64,000 bases of DNA from Candidatus Spyradenecus sp. (lineage in GTDB: Bacteria > Verrucomicrobiota > Verrucomicrobiia > Opitutales > UBA953): assembly GCA_045535075.1 (NCBI GenBank), contig JAZSKX010000017.1, positions 160,001 to 224,000 of the forward strand, written 5' to 3'. Position 1 is the first letter of the stretch, and every line of letters begins with the position of its first letter. The notes under the pieces were generated by a model. It ran no database searches. It saw nothing but the letters and a program-made list of their open reading frames with translations, and was not told the origin of the DNA. Positions 38,909 through 48,789 of this stretch are shown here, one piece after another. A program made the translations under genes and the position numbers.

Positions 38909-40083
38909 TGAACACCGTCTCGATTGTTAATTTTGCGCCGGGTGCGGCATTACAGGACGCAGATTTTGTCCTGCTTGCTCCGTACTGCGAGGCTCCTTGC
39001 GAAGCGGGGCGGCAGGTATTCGACCGAGAGTCGGCGGAAACCCTGGCGAAAGACTTTAATTCGCGCCTGTCGCGGCTACTTCGCCGCCTGCCTTTTGCGA
39101 AAGCGGCAGTCCCGTGCTACAACGGCCATCCGGACATGACGGATATGCAGATTGCTCCGCCTCCGGAAATTCAATGCGAGACGGACGACAAGACGATTTA
39201 CGCGGTCGTCAACGCATTGGAGGTTCGTGACGACGGGCTTTACGGGCGATTGGAACGCCGGCCGGAACTGGAGGCGCTCAAAGCCGCCAAAGGGCGTTTG
39301 GAAATTAGCCCGTTTTGGGTTTGCAGGCGTGTTGCAGAGCGTGTGCTCAAGCCGGTCAAGCTCATCTCCCTGGGCTTTGTGAAGCGCGGGCGCTTGCCGA
39401 ATGCCGCCGTTGTAAACGCAGCGGAAGAATTTACTCAAAACCAGTTAAATATCATGAACGAAGAACAGATTAAACGTTTGGCGGAAATTCTCGGCGTAGA
39501 TCCGGAAGCCGCCGTGAAAGATCCGGAGGCGCTGATTGCGGCTGCGGCGGAGCAGAAACCGAAGTCGGAACCGGCTACGGAAGACTCGACTGAAACGACC
39601 GACACCGCCGACGAAAAACCGGCGGGCGGAGAGCCGAAATCGGACGAGCCTGTCGAAGAAAAGCCTGCCGAAGACGATAAAGACAAACAGCTTGCGGCCG
39701 CGAATGCTGCTGTTGAGTTTGCCGTGAAAAACAAGCTCGAGGCGGCGATTGCCAACGGGCAGATCTCGCTTGCGCAGAAGCCGGATTTTGAACGCTTGCT
39801 GCGTGCCGATTTTGCGGCGGCATGCAATGCAATCGACGCGCTCCCGAAAGCCTTTAAGTCGGCCCAAGCCGAAAAGGCAGCGGAGCGTGCAGCGGCAAAC
39901 GCCGAGGCGCAAATGAAAAGCAAGCAGGAAACGGCAAGAGCGTTTTGGGCGGTGGTTAATTCCGTAAAAGCGGCGGCTCGCGAAAAAGGCTATGAGCTCG
40001 ACGACGAGGCGGCAATCACCAAGGCGAAGCAGGACCCGGAAGGCGAAAAGCTTTGGGCGCAACTCAAGCCACAGTATCTGTAA
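38908..40083 (+). CDS. Mu gpI-like prohead protease/scaffold
   Basis: YNGHPD, DDGLYG, ISPFW and LISLGFV..LP protease motifs; Ala/charged scaffold C-terminus. Confidence 0.82.
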   Translation: MNTVSIVNFAPGAALQDADFVLLAPYCEAPCEAGRQVFDRESAETLAKDFNSRLSRLLRRLPFAKAAVPCYNGHPDMTDMQIAPPPEIQCETDDKTIYAVVNALEVRDDGLYGRLERRPELEALKAAKGRLEISPFWVCRRVAERVLKPVKLISLGFVKRGRLPNAAVVNAAEEFTQNQLNIMNEEQIKRLAEILGVDPEAAVKDPEALIAAAAEQKPKSEPATEDSTETTDTADEKPAGGEPKSDEPVEEKPAEDDKDKQLAAANAAVEFAVKNKLEAAIANGQISLAQKPDFERLLRADFAAACNAIDALPKAFKSAQAEKAAERAAANAEAQMKSKQETARAFWAVVNSVKAAAREKGYELDDEAAITKAKQDPEGEKLWAQLKPQYL

Positions 40084-40133
40084 AAGCGGAGAATCTGATT
40101 TTTAAGTCCTTCACACTTGAACAACGTAAAAAC

Positions 40134-40337
40134 ATGAGCGAACAAACGAAAACCAAAGCGGAAATGGTCGCGGACCATGCCGACAAACTGGTCTCGTACG
40201 GTGTGCCGATGAAAGAGGCACAGTCCATTGCCGAGGCCAAAATCACGAAACAGCTTGCGGCGGCGAAATCCGCCAAGGCCGAAACCTCCAAGGCAAAAGC
40301 CGATGCGGATGCCGATGAGAAGAAAGGAAAGAAATAG
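40134..40337 (+). CDS. Small head-module protein
   Basis: 67-aa Ala/Lys-rich ORF between the scaffold and decoration genes. Confidence 0.6.
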   Translation: MSEQTKTKAEMVADHADKLVSYGVPMKEAQSIAEAKITKQLAAAKSAKAETSKAKADADADEKKGKK

Positions 40338-40339
40338 TC

Positions 40340-40738
40340 ATGGGCGACACGACTAAGATGAGCGGCATTGTCTCTGTGCTTGCCGCGTCCGCAACCCTTT
40401 CGGCGGGAACGCTTTGCGTGCTTGATTCCGGCGGCAAACTTGTGCCGTGGACGAGCGCTGCTGCGACTGACAATAAGGCCAAGCAGGTGTTTTTCCCGCT
40501 GATTGATGCTTCGGAAAGCGACTTGCTTGTTTCCGCAGCCGTCGCCGGAAATTATCCGGGTACGGTGAATGCGAAAGCCGCTGCCGGAACTTACGCTGCG
40601 GGAGACCCGGTTTATGCGGGAACCAATGGCGACATTGCTGCCACGGGTACGCGTGTCGTAGGGACTGCGGCGGAATCGGTCACGCTCGCCGAGACCGGCA
40701 TGCTTGAAATTGTGCCGATGTACGTGCCGGTCGCATAG
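40340..40738 (+). CDS. Capsid decoration/cement protein (DUF2190-like)
   Basis: Ala/Gly-rich; AAGDPVY...RVVGTAAE; directly upstream of the capsid gene. Confidence 0.7.
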   Translation: MGDTTKMSGIVSVLAASATLSAGTLCVLDSGGKLVPWTSAAATDNKAKQVFFPLIDASESDLLVSAAVAGNYPGTVNAKAAAGTYAAGDPVYAGTNGDIAATGTRVVGTAAESVTLAETGMLEIVPMYVPVA

Positions 40739-40782
40739 CGTTTCGGCAGAAGGCTTTTGAAAAAACATATAAGTTCACAAAA

Positions 40783-41763
40783 ATGGAAATGAAACAAATT
40801 CTCACGACCCTCGGGGTTGCCAATTCTATTGAAAACTGTCCGACGGGGACGGTGGCGATTGCCAATGCGGCATCGTCTCACGGTGCCGTCGAAACCTACC
40901 TGACGGAAATGGCGGTTGCGCGTTCGATTAAGAGCAATCTTGCGGAGGCGCGCCGCATGCTGGCTCCGGACGCTCCGGTTATCGGCGGCGAAGGTCAGAC
41001 CGCTTATACGTATCGCTACTTCCCGGCCGGCGAAGATTTCCGCACCGTTAAATACGATGCAATGAAGCGTGCCGGCGGCGGAGACTTCCCGGAAGTTGCC
41101 GATCGCTCGGAATTGCGCTCCGGTATTCTCCACCAAATCGGTCTTTCGATTTCGCTCGAAAAATCCCAAATCAAACGTATTCCCGGATTGCGGGAACGTG
41201 CGACGAAGAAACTCGTCGATATCATTGAGCGAGCCACCCTCATTAAGACGCTTGAAATTTGGGAAAGCTTCGCGGACGACACGACGATTTCGCTTGCGAC
41301 GGAGAAGAATCCGGACGGCAAACTGCGCGAGTTGTTGCGCCTTGCCGGAGATAAATCCGGAGTGCGCCCGAATGCGATGCTTTATGGCCCGGCGGCTTGG
41401 GATTTGCGCACGACGAAATACGAAACGGCAGAACTGTCTACCGGAGCCTTGCGTGCCGCCGAAACGACGGACGCCCTGGGCAATCGCCTGAACGTGCGTA
41501 TCTTGGTCCCGGACGGTCGTCAAGCCGGAGTCGCGGGATCTTTCCCGGTCATCGGAGCAAACAAGATTTACGCGGGCTATTCGCTCGACGGTCTCTCAAC
41601 GGAAGATCCGTCCACGATGAAAACGATGCGCGACGGTGCGGGCATTCAGATTTATGAATCCACGCACTCCCAAGGGCAGAAGGTGATCATCACGGCATCC
41701 GTGTGGCAGGATCTGCGTATCACTTCCGCCGCCGGAGCAATTGCCGTCACGGTTTCGGAATAA
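40783..41763 (+). CDS. Major capsid protein
   Basis: 326 aa after protease and decoration genes; SGVRPNAMLYGPAAWD resembles gpE-type capsid proteins. Confidence 0.78.
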   Translation: MEMKQILTTLGVANSIENCPTGTVAIANAASSHGAVETYLTEMAVARSIKSNLAEARRMLAPDAPVIGGEGQTAYTYRYFPAGEDFRTVKYDAMKRAGGGDFPEVADRSELRSGILHQIGLSISLEKSQIKRIPGLRERATKKLVDIIERATLIKTLEIWESFADDTTISLATEKNPDGKLRELLRLAGDKSGVRPNAMLYGPAAWDLRTTKYETAELSTGALRAAETTDALGNRLNVRILVPDGRQAGVAGSFPVIGANKIYAGYSLDGLSTEDPSTMKTMRDGAGIQIYESTHSQGQKVIITASVWQDLRITSAAGAIAVTVSE

Positions 41764-41854
41764 CCAAAGCTGAAGGGCTGGGCGTTGATTCGGCGGCGTA
41801 CCGCCTGTTGATTCGCCATCGGCGAACGAATCAGCCCTCAGCTCTTCAATCTCA

Positions 41855-42322
41855 ATGTTCATTATGTGGGTCGTATTTGACAAACAAACGGTAACGGCGC
41901 GTGTTCCTGCGACGGAGTGGGAAGCTGTCAATAGTATCGACGGAGAGGACTCTCCGGTGGACGCTCTGCAGGCGATTATCGATACGGTTGTTGCCGAAGT
42001 GCGTGCGGCGATTGCGGCATGCACGAAAAACACGCTCGATCCGGACGTGCGGAAAATTCCGCTTTCGCTTGTGAACGATGCCTGTTCTTTGGTCGTTTAT
42101 TACTTTGCCTCCCGTGCAGCCGGTGCGGGAACGATTCTTGTACAGGATGCTCGTTATCAGGCATGGGCGAAAGCCCGCGATGTACTTGACCGTGTACGTA
42201 CCTGCGAAATCTGCATTGAGCATCCGTCAACGGGTGTTGTTTCCGGAAGCGGTAGCAGTTCCGCCCAAATTGCCGTACGCACGCCTACGCGCTTTGATCG
42301 CTCCCGCTGGAGGGGTGCGTAA
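41855..42322 (+). CDS. Mu gp36-like (DUF1320) head-tail adaptor
   Basis: IPLSLVNDACSLVVY...RYQAWAKARDVLDRV pattern; position after the capsid gene. Confidence 0.7.
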   Translation: MFIMWVVFDKQTVTARVPATEWEAVNSIDGEDSPVDALQAIIDTVVAEVRAAIAACTKNTLDPDVRKIPLSLVNDACSLVVYYFASRAAGAGTILVQDARYQAWAKARDVLDRVRTCEICIEHPSTGVVSGSGSSSAQIAVRTPTRFDRSRWRGA

Positions 42323-42342
42323 TTTCAATCATTAAGTAGTCT

Positions 42343-42771
42343 ATGAGCTGTAGTTATATCCTATTCTTGGCTTCAAAATTTCCGGAGCCGAATCCCTATT
42401 TTTTAATTCAGTTGTTTGCCTGCATTGGAGCGGTGCTCGGTCTTGTGTGGGTAATCATCTGTGTGTGGCAGAAGATTTTTCCGCCGAAGAACCCGCCGCA
42501 CCACGAACTCGCGACCAGGGCGGAACTGAATCAACTGCGCACCGATGTCAACTCGGCGCTCGAAGAAATGAAAAACCGCTCGGCGGAACGCGCCGTGAGA
42601 AACGACGAAAAGCTTACTCAGATTCTCGTCGAACTCGCCTCGATTAAAACCGGCATGGTGGCGCAGCATCAGTTTAGCCGGAGTACTTTTGACAATCTCG
42701 ACGACAAAATCTCCAACGTCTCGAAATCCGTACACAAACGTATTGACCACCTTAAAGTTCATGAATCATGA
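42343..42771 (+). CDS. TM + coiled-coil protein (DUF2730/Mu gp25-like)
   Basis: TM helix, ATRAELNQL, coiled coil; precedes the gp26/gp27-like genes. Confidence 0.6.
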   Translation: MSCSYILFLASKFPEPNPYFLIQLFACIGAVLGLVWVIICVWQKIFPPKNPPHHELATRAELNQLRTDVNSALEEMKNRSAERAVRNDEKLTQILVELASIKTGMVAQHQFSRSTFDNLDDKISNVSKSVHKRIDHLKVHES

Positions 42772-43037
42772 CGCTCTCGAAAGAATACATCCGCAAGCAG
42801 ATCTTAAACGAGCTTCGTCCGGTAGGACGCGCCGGAATGGCTCCGAAATACGCCGTTTCGTTTATCACGGCAGAGTTTCCGGGAGTTAAGCCGGAGTCCG
42901 TTTTAGAAGACATCGATTACCTCGTCGGAAAGGGCTTGCTTGAATTTTTCGCCTCCCCGATTTCGGCGGGGGATAGGCGTGTCCGTATCACCTCTGCCGG
43001 GATTGATTTCCTCGAAAGCGAAAATTCGCCCGTTTAG
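42768..43037 (+). CDS. Mu gp26-like winged-helix protein
   Basis: IRKQIL...DIDYLVGKGLL...RITSAGIDFLE. Confidence 0.65.
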   Translation: MTLSKEYIRKQILNELRPVGRAGMAPKYAVSFITAEFPGVKPESVLEDIDYLVGKGLLEFFASPISAGDRRVRITSAGIDFLESENSPV

Positions 43038-43130
43038 GCGGGGGAGATAGAAAGTCCGACAATTTACCCGTGTTTCGATTTAGAGCGCCGAAAAACCCAT
43101 TGCAAATTCTTGCAAAAGCCTATCCTGACC

Positions 43131-43643
43131 ATGAGCCGCCGCAAAAAACGTTCCGATTGTAAGATGAACCGCCTGACAGATGAGCAGCGCGAGGGAATTT
43201 TCGCGCTTTCTCAGACCCTTTCTCTCGATGCCCTCGTCGAAAAAATCGAAAGCGAATTTGATTTTGATATTTCCCGCCAAGCGCTTTCCCTGTGGCTGGC
43301 GAGTGAACGCTTGACGCGCAAAGTTGCGCGTCAGGTCGAAATCGCCGACGGGATTGCCGAAGCTGCTCGCGCAGCCAACGGCGGCAAGCTTGATGCGGCA
43401 ATTGATGCTGCCGTCAAGGCGCGGGCGCTTGATGCGATTCAGAGTGCAGACGATCCGGAAGTCGTCTCCGAGCTTGTTAAGTGTGTGCTTTCGATGCGCA
43501 AGACGGATCTCGATTCCCGTCGGCTTGCGCTTCTCGAGAAGAAAGCGGCGATGGCGGATAAAGCAGAAGCCGTGGTGAAGAACCCGAAGCTTTCCGACGA
43601 AGAACGTTCCCGCCGCATCAAAGAAATTTTTCACATCGTCTAA
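43131..43643 (+). CDS. Terminase small subunit (Mu gp27/DUF3486-like)
   Basis: N-terminal HTH (ISRQALS), helical; GLS-like KLSDEE..IKEIF end; upstream of terL. Confidence 0.75.
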   Translation: MSRRKKRSDCKMNRLTDEQREGIFALSQTLSLDALVEKIESEFDFDISRQALSLWLASERLTRKVARQVEIADGIAEAARAANGGKLDAAIDAAVKARALDAIQSADDPEVVSELVKCVLSMRKTDLDSRRLALLEKKAAMADKAEAVVKNPKLSDEERSRRIKEIFHIV

Positions 43644-43646
43644 GCC

Positions 43647-45017
43647 GTGGACATTATCATCCGAGAGCCGTTTGACACGTTCTTCGAGTATCAGCTCGAG
43701 ATGGTTAACTGTACGGCGCGTTTCCGGGCGGCGAATTGTTGTCGCCAGTCCGGGAAAGACTTTACCTTTTCCGGCGACATTGTCCGCCAGGCGTTTGCGC
43801 TGCCGGGAAGCGGGCACATGATTGCGGCACCTTCCGAACGTCAGTCTCTCGACACGCTTGAAAAATGCAAGCAGTGGGCGGAAGCGTTCAGTCTCGTCAT
43901 CGAGGAAGAAATCGACGAACCCGTCTCCGTCGGCATCAACTCCAAAACGATTCGCCTTTCCAACGGTTCCCACATTCGCGCCGTTCCGGGACGCCCGGAT
44001 ACCGTGCGCGGATTTACCGGCAGCGTGTGGCTGACGGAGGTCGCCTTTTTCGAAGATCCGTTTAAGACCTGGGCGGCAATTGCGCCGACGATTACCAATC
44101 CGCTTGGCGGACGCAAGACGGCAACCATTTGGAGCACTCCGAACGGCCAGGATGAGTTCTTTTATCCCATCTTCCGCGATGCGGAGCTCGGGAGGCAGAA
44201 AACATGGACGACGTTTACTAACGACATTTACAAGGTGAACGAAGCGTGGAAAACACGCGGTCGCGGCGTGGACATCGATGAGCTGCGTCGTATGGTCAAC
44301 AGCCCGGACATGTGGGCGCAGGAATACGAATGCAAGTTTCTTGACCGGGCATCGGTTTTGTTTTCCTACGACTTAATCTTCAGTGCTGCGCACGAAGGAG
44401 CGAGCACGGATTTACCCGTCGGCTTCATGGATTCCTGCGAAAAACAGTGCTATGTCGGTGTGGACATCGGTCGCAAGCACGACCTGACCTGTGTTTACAT
44501 CCTCGAAAAAGTCGGCGATGTTTTTTGGACGCGGGGCATTATTCGCCTACGCAACATGCCGTTTTCCGAGCAGCGAGAGATTTTGCGCGGGATTCTGCGT
44601 TCCCGCAGCGTTGTCCGTTGCTTTATCGATAAAACCGGTATCGGCGCCCAGCTTGCCGAGGAAATGGAGCAGGAGTTCGGGACGTGGAAGGTCGAAGGCT
44701 GTGCAATCACGCTCGCCTTTAAAAACGCGATTTTCATGCGCTTACGCCTCGGGTTTGAGGACAAGCTTTTGCGATTGCCGATGGGGGATCGTCTCCTCGC
44801 GGAATCTTTGCATTCGATGCGCAAAGAAGTTTCTCGTGCAGGAAATATTCGGCTCGCCGCCGAGAGAACCGAAGACGGTCACGCGGACGAGGCGTTTGCG
44901 CTTGCACTTGCGTATGAGGCCTCGAACGAAGCTTTGGGCGGTCGCGACTGCGCCTCGGTGGACGTACGTTCCTTTGCTCGCAAGCACAATAAATTCTCGG
45001 GCTGGAGACGAATGTAA
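43647..45017 (+). CDS. Terminase large subunit (Mu gp28-like)
   Basis: RQSGKDFT, TVRGFTG, STPNG, QEYEC, GVDIGRKHD, IDKTGIG and GHADEAFALAL motifs. Confidence 0.93.
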   Translation: MDIIIREPFDTFFEYQLEMVNCTARFRAANCCRQSGKDFTFSGDIVRQAFALPGSGHMIAAPSERQSLDTLEKCKQWAEAFSLVIEEEIDEPVSVGINSKTIRLSNGSHIRAVPGRPDTVRGFTGSVWLTEVAFFEDPFKTWAAIAPTITNPLGGRKTATIWSTPNGQDEFFYPIFRDAELGRQKTWTTFTNDIYKVNEAWKTRGRGVDIDELRRMVNSPDMWAQEYECKFLDRASVLFSYDLIFSAAHEGASTDLPVGFMDSCEKQCYVGVDIGRKHDLTCVYILEKVGDVFWTRGIIRLRNMPFSEQREILRGILRSRSVVRCFIDKTGIGAQLAEEMEQEFGTWKVEGCAITLAFKNAIFMRLRLGFEDKLLRLPMGDRLLAESLHSMRKEVSRAGNIRLAAERTEDGHADEAFALALAYEASNEALGGRDCASVDVRSFARKHNKFSGWRRM

Positions 45018-45061
45018 GGTTTCGCGCTTATCCCTCTTTTTACAACTTCACCTCTCAAAAA

Positions 45062-46564
45062 ATGAACGGATTCTTACACAGTGACGGCGCTCCGGTAGTC
45101 GCCGATGAATCAAAACCGTGTACGCTCGCCGAGTTGGCAGAGCGCAATGCACGCTTGCGCCGCGTCGCAATTTGGGCGGACATGGACCCGCAGTATTTCG
45201 GCTTCGCAAAGCGCCGTTTCTATTTCGGCGACTTCTCGGAATGCGGCCGGTTGTTTGGCGAAATCATGGATTACGATGCCACGGTGGCAACCGTGGCTCC
45301 GAAGCGATTCCGCGCCGTTGCCGGGCTGGATTGGGAGATTGCAACGCTCGATGATACTCCCGAAGCCAAGCAGCAAGCGGAACTGCTCGAAGATTTTTAT
45401 GAAAACCTTGTTGCCTCCGACGTGGAAGCCCCGGACATGGCTCAAGGCATCGAAACGCTGATTTTTCAGCTTATGACTGCGACGGCGATGAAATACGCCT
45501 GCGCGGAAATCCAATGGATCCCGGCAACAACGGCAGACGGCAAGCCGACTTATCACGCTCGCACGCTGGCGTGCCCGCTGCACTACTTTGAGGCGACGAC
45601 GCGACGCCTGCGCATCCTCACACAATCGGGAACGCAAGGAGAAGCGATGGATGAGAAAACGTGGATTGTTGCCGCGCATCCGGGAACGCCTCTGATGTTG
45701 CCGACAATGCTGTTGTTTATGCTGAAAATGACACCGCTGGAGGATTGGGCGTCGGCGGTGGAAGCATTTGCGATTCCCTTTGTGATCGGTAGGACGAGCG
45801 CGGCGAAGGGTTCACCGGAATGGAATGCGCTGTTGGAATTTGTTGCTCATGCGAAGAATCGATTTGCGGGGGTAATCGGAAAGGACGCGGAGGTCGAAGT
45901 CCTCAACGGACTGACACAACCGCCGCCGCATCGGGACTTGGTGGACTACCTCGACCGCGCAATCGCGGCTCTGTGGCGCGGAGGAGACCTTTCGACGTTT
46001 TCTGCCGGAGATTCCACGGGGAGCAACCCGCAGCTTGCCGAAATGGGCGATATCCAAAAGATGGACAGCGCCTTTATCACCTCGGTCTTGGCGACACGCC
46101 TTTCCAAGCCGTTTCTTGAATTTATATTCGGCACGGGAACGCCGATTAAGGCTTATTTCAAATTTGTCGAGGACGATACTGCCATGCGTGCGGCGCGTAT
46201 TGCCGACATCAAAACGGCGTACGACCTCGGCTTGTCGATTCCCGAAAATTTTGCCCGAGAAGCGTTGGGCATTCCCGCCGTTGCTCCCGAAGACCGCGTC
46301 TTGCAACGCGCCTCCGGGACGCCTGCAGCGGACTTGCAAGGCTTTGGCATCCCGAATGCGCAGGCGGATATCGACGCCATGCTCGCGCATGCCGAGCGTG
46401 CTCAGTTCGGAGAAATTGAATCGGCGTTGAGAGAGCTTGAAGCTGCGGAAAGCGACGAGATGTTTGCCGGGAAGCTTGCTGAACTCAAGCGACGTTTTCC
46501 CGCAATCATGCAGCGTGTGATGAACCGCAACGATGTTGTTAATGCGCTCGGAGGTGTGGAATGA
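45062..46564 (+). CDS. Portal protein (Mu gp29/DUF935)
   Basis: 500 aa after terL; KYACAEIQW, DWASAVEAFAIPFVIG and LWRGGDLST segments. Confidence 0.87.
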   Translation: MNGFLHSDGAPVVADESKPCTLAELAERNARLRRVAIWADMDPQYFGFAKRRFYFGDFSECGRLFGEIMDYDATVATVAPKRFRAVAGLDWEIATLDDTPEAKQQAELLEDFYENLVASDVEAPDMAQGIETLIFQLMTATAMKYACAEIQWIPATTADGKPTYHARTLACPLHYFEATTRRLRILTQSGTQGEAMDEKTWIVAAHPGTPLMLPTMLLFMLKMTPLEDWASAVEAFAIPFVIGRTSAAKGSPEWNALLEFVAHAKNRFAGVIGKDAEVEVLNGLTQPPPHRDLVDYLDRAIAALWRGGDLSTFSAGDSTGSNPQLAEMGDIQKMDSAFITSVLATRLSKPFLEFIFGTGTPIKAYFKFVEDDTAMRAARIADIKTAYDLGLSIPENFAREALGIPAVAPEDRVLQRASGTPAADLQGFGIPNAQADIDAMLAHAERAQFGEIESALRELEAAESDEMFAGKLAELKRRFPAIMQRVMNRNDVVNALGGVE

Positions 46565-48024
46565 ACAACCTCAGAGCCGCTCTCGCGATTGCAAACGCAT
46601 TGGACGTTGAGTTCGGGGCGGTGGATCCGAAGTTTGTCCAAGCCTTACGGAAACGCATTTCGTTCGGTTCCTCCCGCAATACGCAACAATGGGCCGGTGT
46701 CCCGCAAGCGTTGCGCGACCGGCTGTTCTTCTCGGCGACGGTTAGCAATGCGACCGTGCTCGATAAAATGAAGCATTTTATCGCATCCGACCTTGCCGGA
46801 ATCCGTCGCTCTTCGCCCGGAGCGAAAGAACCGGAGAAAGTATTCGGGCGTGAAAAATTCGTTGCCGAGATGCGCAAGGCATTGGGGATTCCCGTTCGCG
46901 GGGAAAAGGATTCGGGTAAGTTGACTGACATCCGGAGCTCGCGCCGTCTGCGCCTTATTTACGATTTTCAAAAAGAACGAACTAAGGCGGAGGCAACTGC
47001 CGAAACCGAAAACGATGCCGACCACCGTGAGCTGTTCCCGTATCGGGAGTTTGTTCGCGAGGAGCCGAGACGCGAGCCTCGCAATTGGATTCGCCTGTGG
47101 AAGGGCTACGGCGGCAAGCTGACCCAAGGGCGTATGATTGCACTGCGCGACGACCCGATTTGGCGCAAACTCAACCGCTTCGGCTGGGATCACGCTCCGT
47201 GGGATTTTAACTCGGGGATGGATACTCGCTGGATTTCCCGCTCCCAAGCTCGTCGCCTCGGCTTGCCTTTACCGAAGAAAGGCGCTTCCGCGGAAGTCCG
47301 CCGGGAAGTGCTTCCGGTTCCGAACGGAACGCCGTTTGATGCTGTTGCCGCCCGCGAGAATCCGGAGGAGTACTTCCGCGAATATCGCTCGCCGGAATCC
47401 TTTCCGAGCGAAAACGACCGCCGTCTTTACGCGCAAGGGCTTTATACTCTGCTTGCCGGAAACACTGCCGAACAGGTGTATAATATGAGTCGCGATGAAC
47501 GGCGTGCCGTATGGGGCTACACCGTTTACTCCGGTGATATCAATCCTGCTTTGCGCGGGGAGCGCGTCGAAAAGCCGTTCAAGGATTTGACGTATTTTGA
47601 GTCGGCGATGAAAAACGTTTCTTTTCCGATGGCGAAGGTCGCTCATCGTTCGGCAAGCCTGGCGGAAATAAAGAATCGATTTGGCGGCGAACTTTCCGAG
47701 TTGGCGTCCGGAGACGAAGCAAATTATCCGAATGCCCTTTCGATGTCCGGATTCAAGAAATTTGCAAGTAGTCCGGAAGTGCAAATGATTATCGAAATCC
47801 CGAAGGGCGCTCATGCAATCTATCTCGACCCGCTTTCGGAAAAAGGACCTTTCAAACGTAGCGGAAAGAGCTGGGATGGCAATCCGCGTGCTCCGCAAAC
47901 ACTTTGGCAGAGCGACTCGGAAGCGAATACGGAATCCGAAATTCTCGCCGCGCCGGGCACGAAATTAAAGGTTGTCTCCGTCGATGCTGAAAATAAAATA
48001 CTGCGTGTAAGGATTGAGCTATGA
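46561..48024 (+). CDS. MuF (gp30) minor head protein with C-terminal ADP-ribosyltransferase-like domain
   Basis: MuF core RLRLIYD, DDPIW, PWDFNSGM; C-terminal YT..SGDINPALR, HRS, IEIPKGAHAIY and ESEILAAPGTKLKV (VIP2-like R-S-ExE). Confidence 0.82.
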   Translation: MNNLRAALAIANALDVEFGAVDPKFVQALRKRISFGSSRNTQQWAGVPQALRDRLFFSATVSNATVLDKMKHFIASDLAGIRRSSPGAKEPEKVFGREKFVAEMRKALGIPVRGEKDSGKLTDIRSSRRLRLIYDFQKERTKAEATAETENDADHRELFPYREFVREEPRREPRNWIRLWKGYGGKLTQGRMIALRDDPIWRKLNRFGWDHAPWDFNSGMDTRWISRSQARRLGLPLPKKGASAEVRREVLPVPNGTPFDAVAARENPEEYFREYRSPESFPSENDRRLYAQGLYTLLAGNTAEQVYNMSRDERRAVWGYTVYSGDINPALRGERVEKPFKDLTYFESAMKNVSFPMAKVAHRSASLAEIKNRFGGELSELASGDEANYPNALSMSGFKKFASSPEVQMIIEIPKGAHAIYLDPLSEKGPFKRSGKSWDGNPRAPQTLWQSDSEANTESEILAAPGTKLKVVSVDAENKILRVRIEL

Positions 48025-48716
48025 AAACGATTTGTGGCGGCGAAGGAAAAGATTTTTACGCAATCGCAATTCCGAGTGAGGATTGTGTTTGCCTGAATTG
48101 TCGCTTTCATGAACGCCGTTTGCAGAGTCCATGTAAGAAGCTTGATAGCCGTCCGGTGGAAGTTGTTTACCAATCAGCGCCGTGTCCGGCTTATGCTCCG
48201 GATGAAAAAGGCATCACCTATCTGCACGATCCTGAAGTGAAGGACTTGCCCAAAGACGAGGGGGTGCGGAATGTGCTTGTTGAAAAACTGATTAAGGATT
48301 TCGGCGAAGAGGTTGCTTTTGTTGGCACGCAAGCGTTTCTTGTCGGTCGTATGGGGCGCTATATGGCAGATGTTTACGAAGACCCGGCATCGCAGTTCGG
48401 AACAACGGAAATCGCTCCCGGCAATCTCAACGCTGCAACCCTTTATGCGGAGCTGGACCGTCTTGCTTTTCCGCGTACGAACAATCGTAAGGAAATTTAT
48501 TGCGATGTGTTTAGCGGCCCCGGCAAGGCGAACCTTACCCGGGACGAGTTGAAGCTGATTCCGTTTATTCTTTTTGAACCGCAATACGTCACTAAGCAAA
48601 AGAACGGAGACTTGGCGCTTGGGCGCACATTCGGGGCACGAGTCCATTGGTGTAATCTTCACAGTGATCGCGGGTTGCCGCGGGTTACCTACACGGGCAG
48701 TGTTCCGGTGAAATAA
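48021..48716 (+). CDS. Hypothetical protein with Cys-rich N-terminus (candidate immunity/accessory)
   Basis: CVCLNC..PC..PCPAY; overlaps the MuF stop codon. Confidence 0.6.
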   Translation: MKTICGGEGKDFYAIAIPSEDCVCLNCRFHERRLQSPCKKLDSRPVEVVYQSAPCPAYAPDEKGITYLHDPEVKDLPKDEGVRNVLVEKLIKDFGEEVAFVGTQAFLVGRMGRYMADVYEDPASQFGTTEIAPGNLNAATLYAELDRLAFPRTNNRKEIYCDVFSGPGKANLTRDELKLIPFILFEPQYVTKQKNGDLALGRTFGARVHWCNLHSDRGLPRVTYTGSVPVK

Positions 48717-48789
48717 TTTTGCGCGAGGCGGAACGGAAGCCACGCAACTTTTGATTCGGGAGCGAGTTTAGGATAAACTCGTTCTCGCA

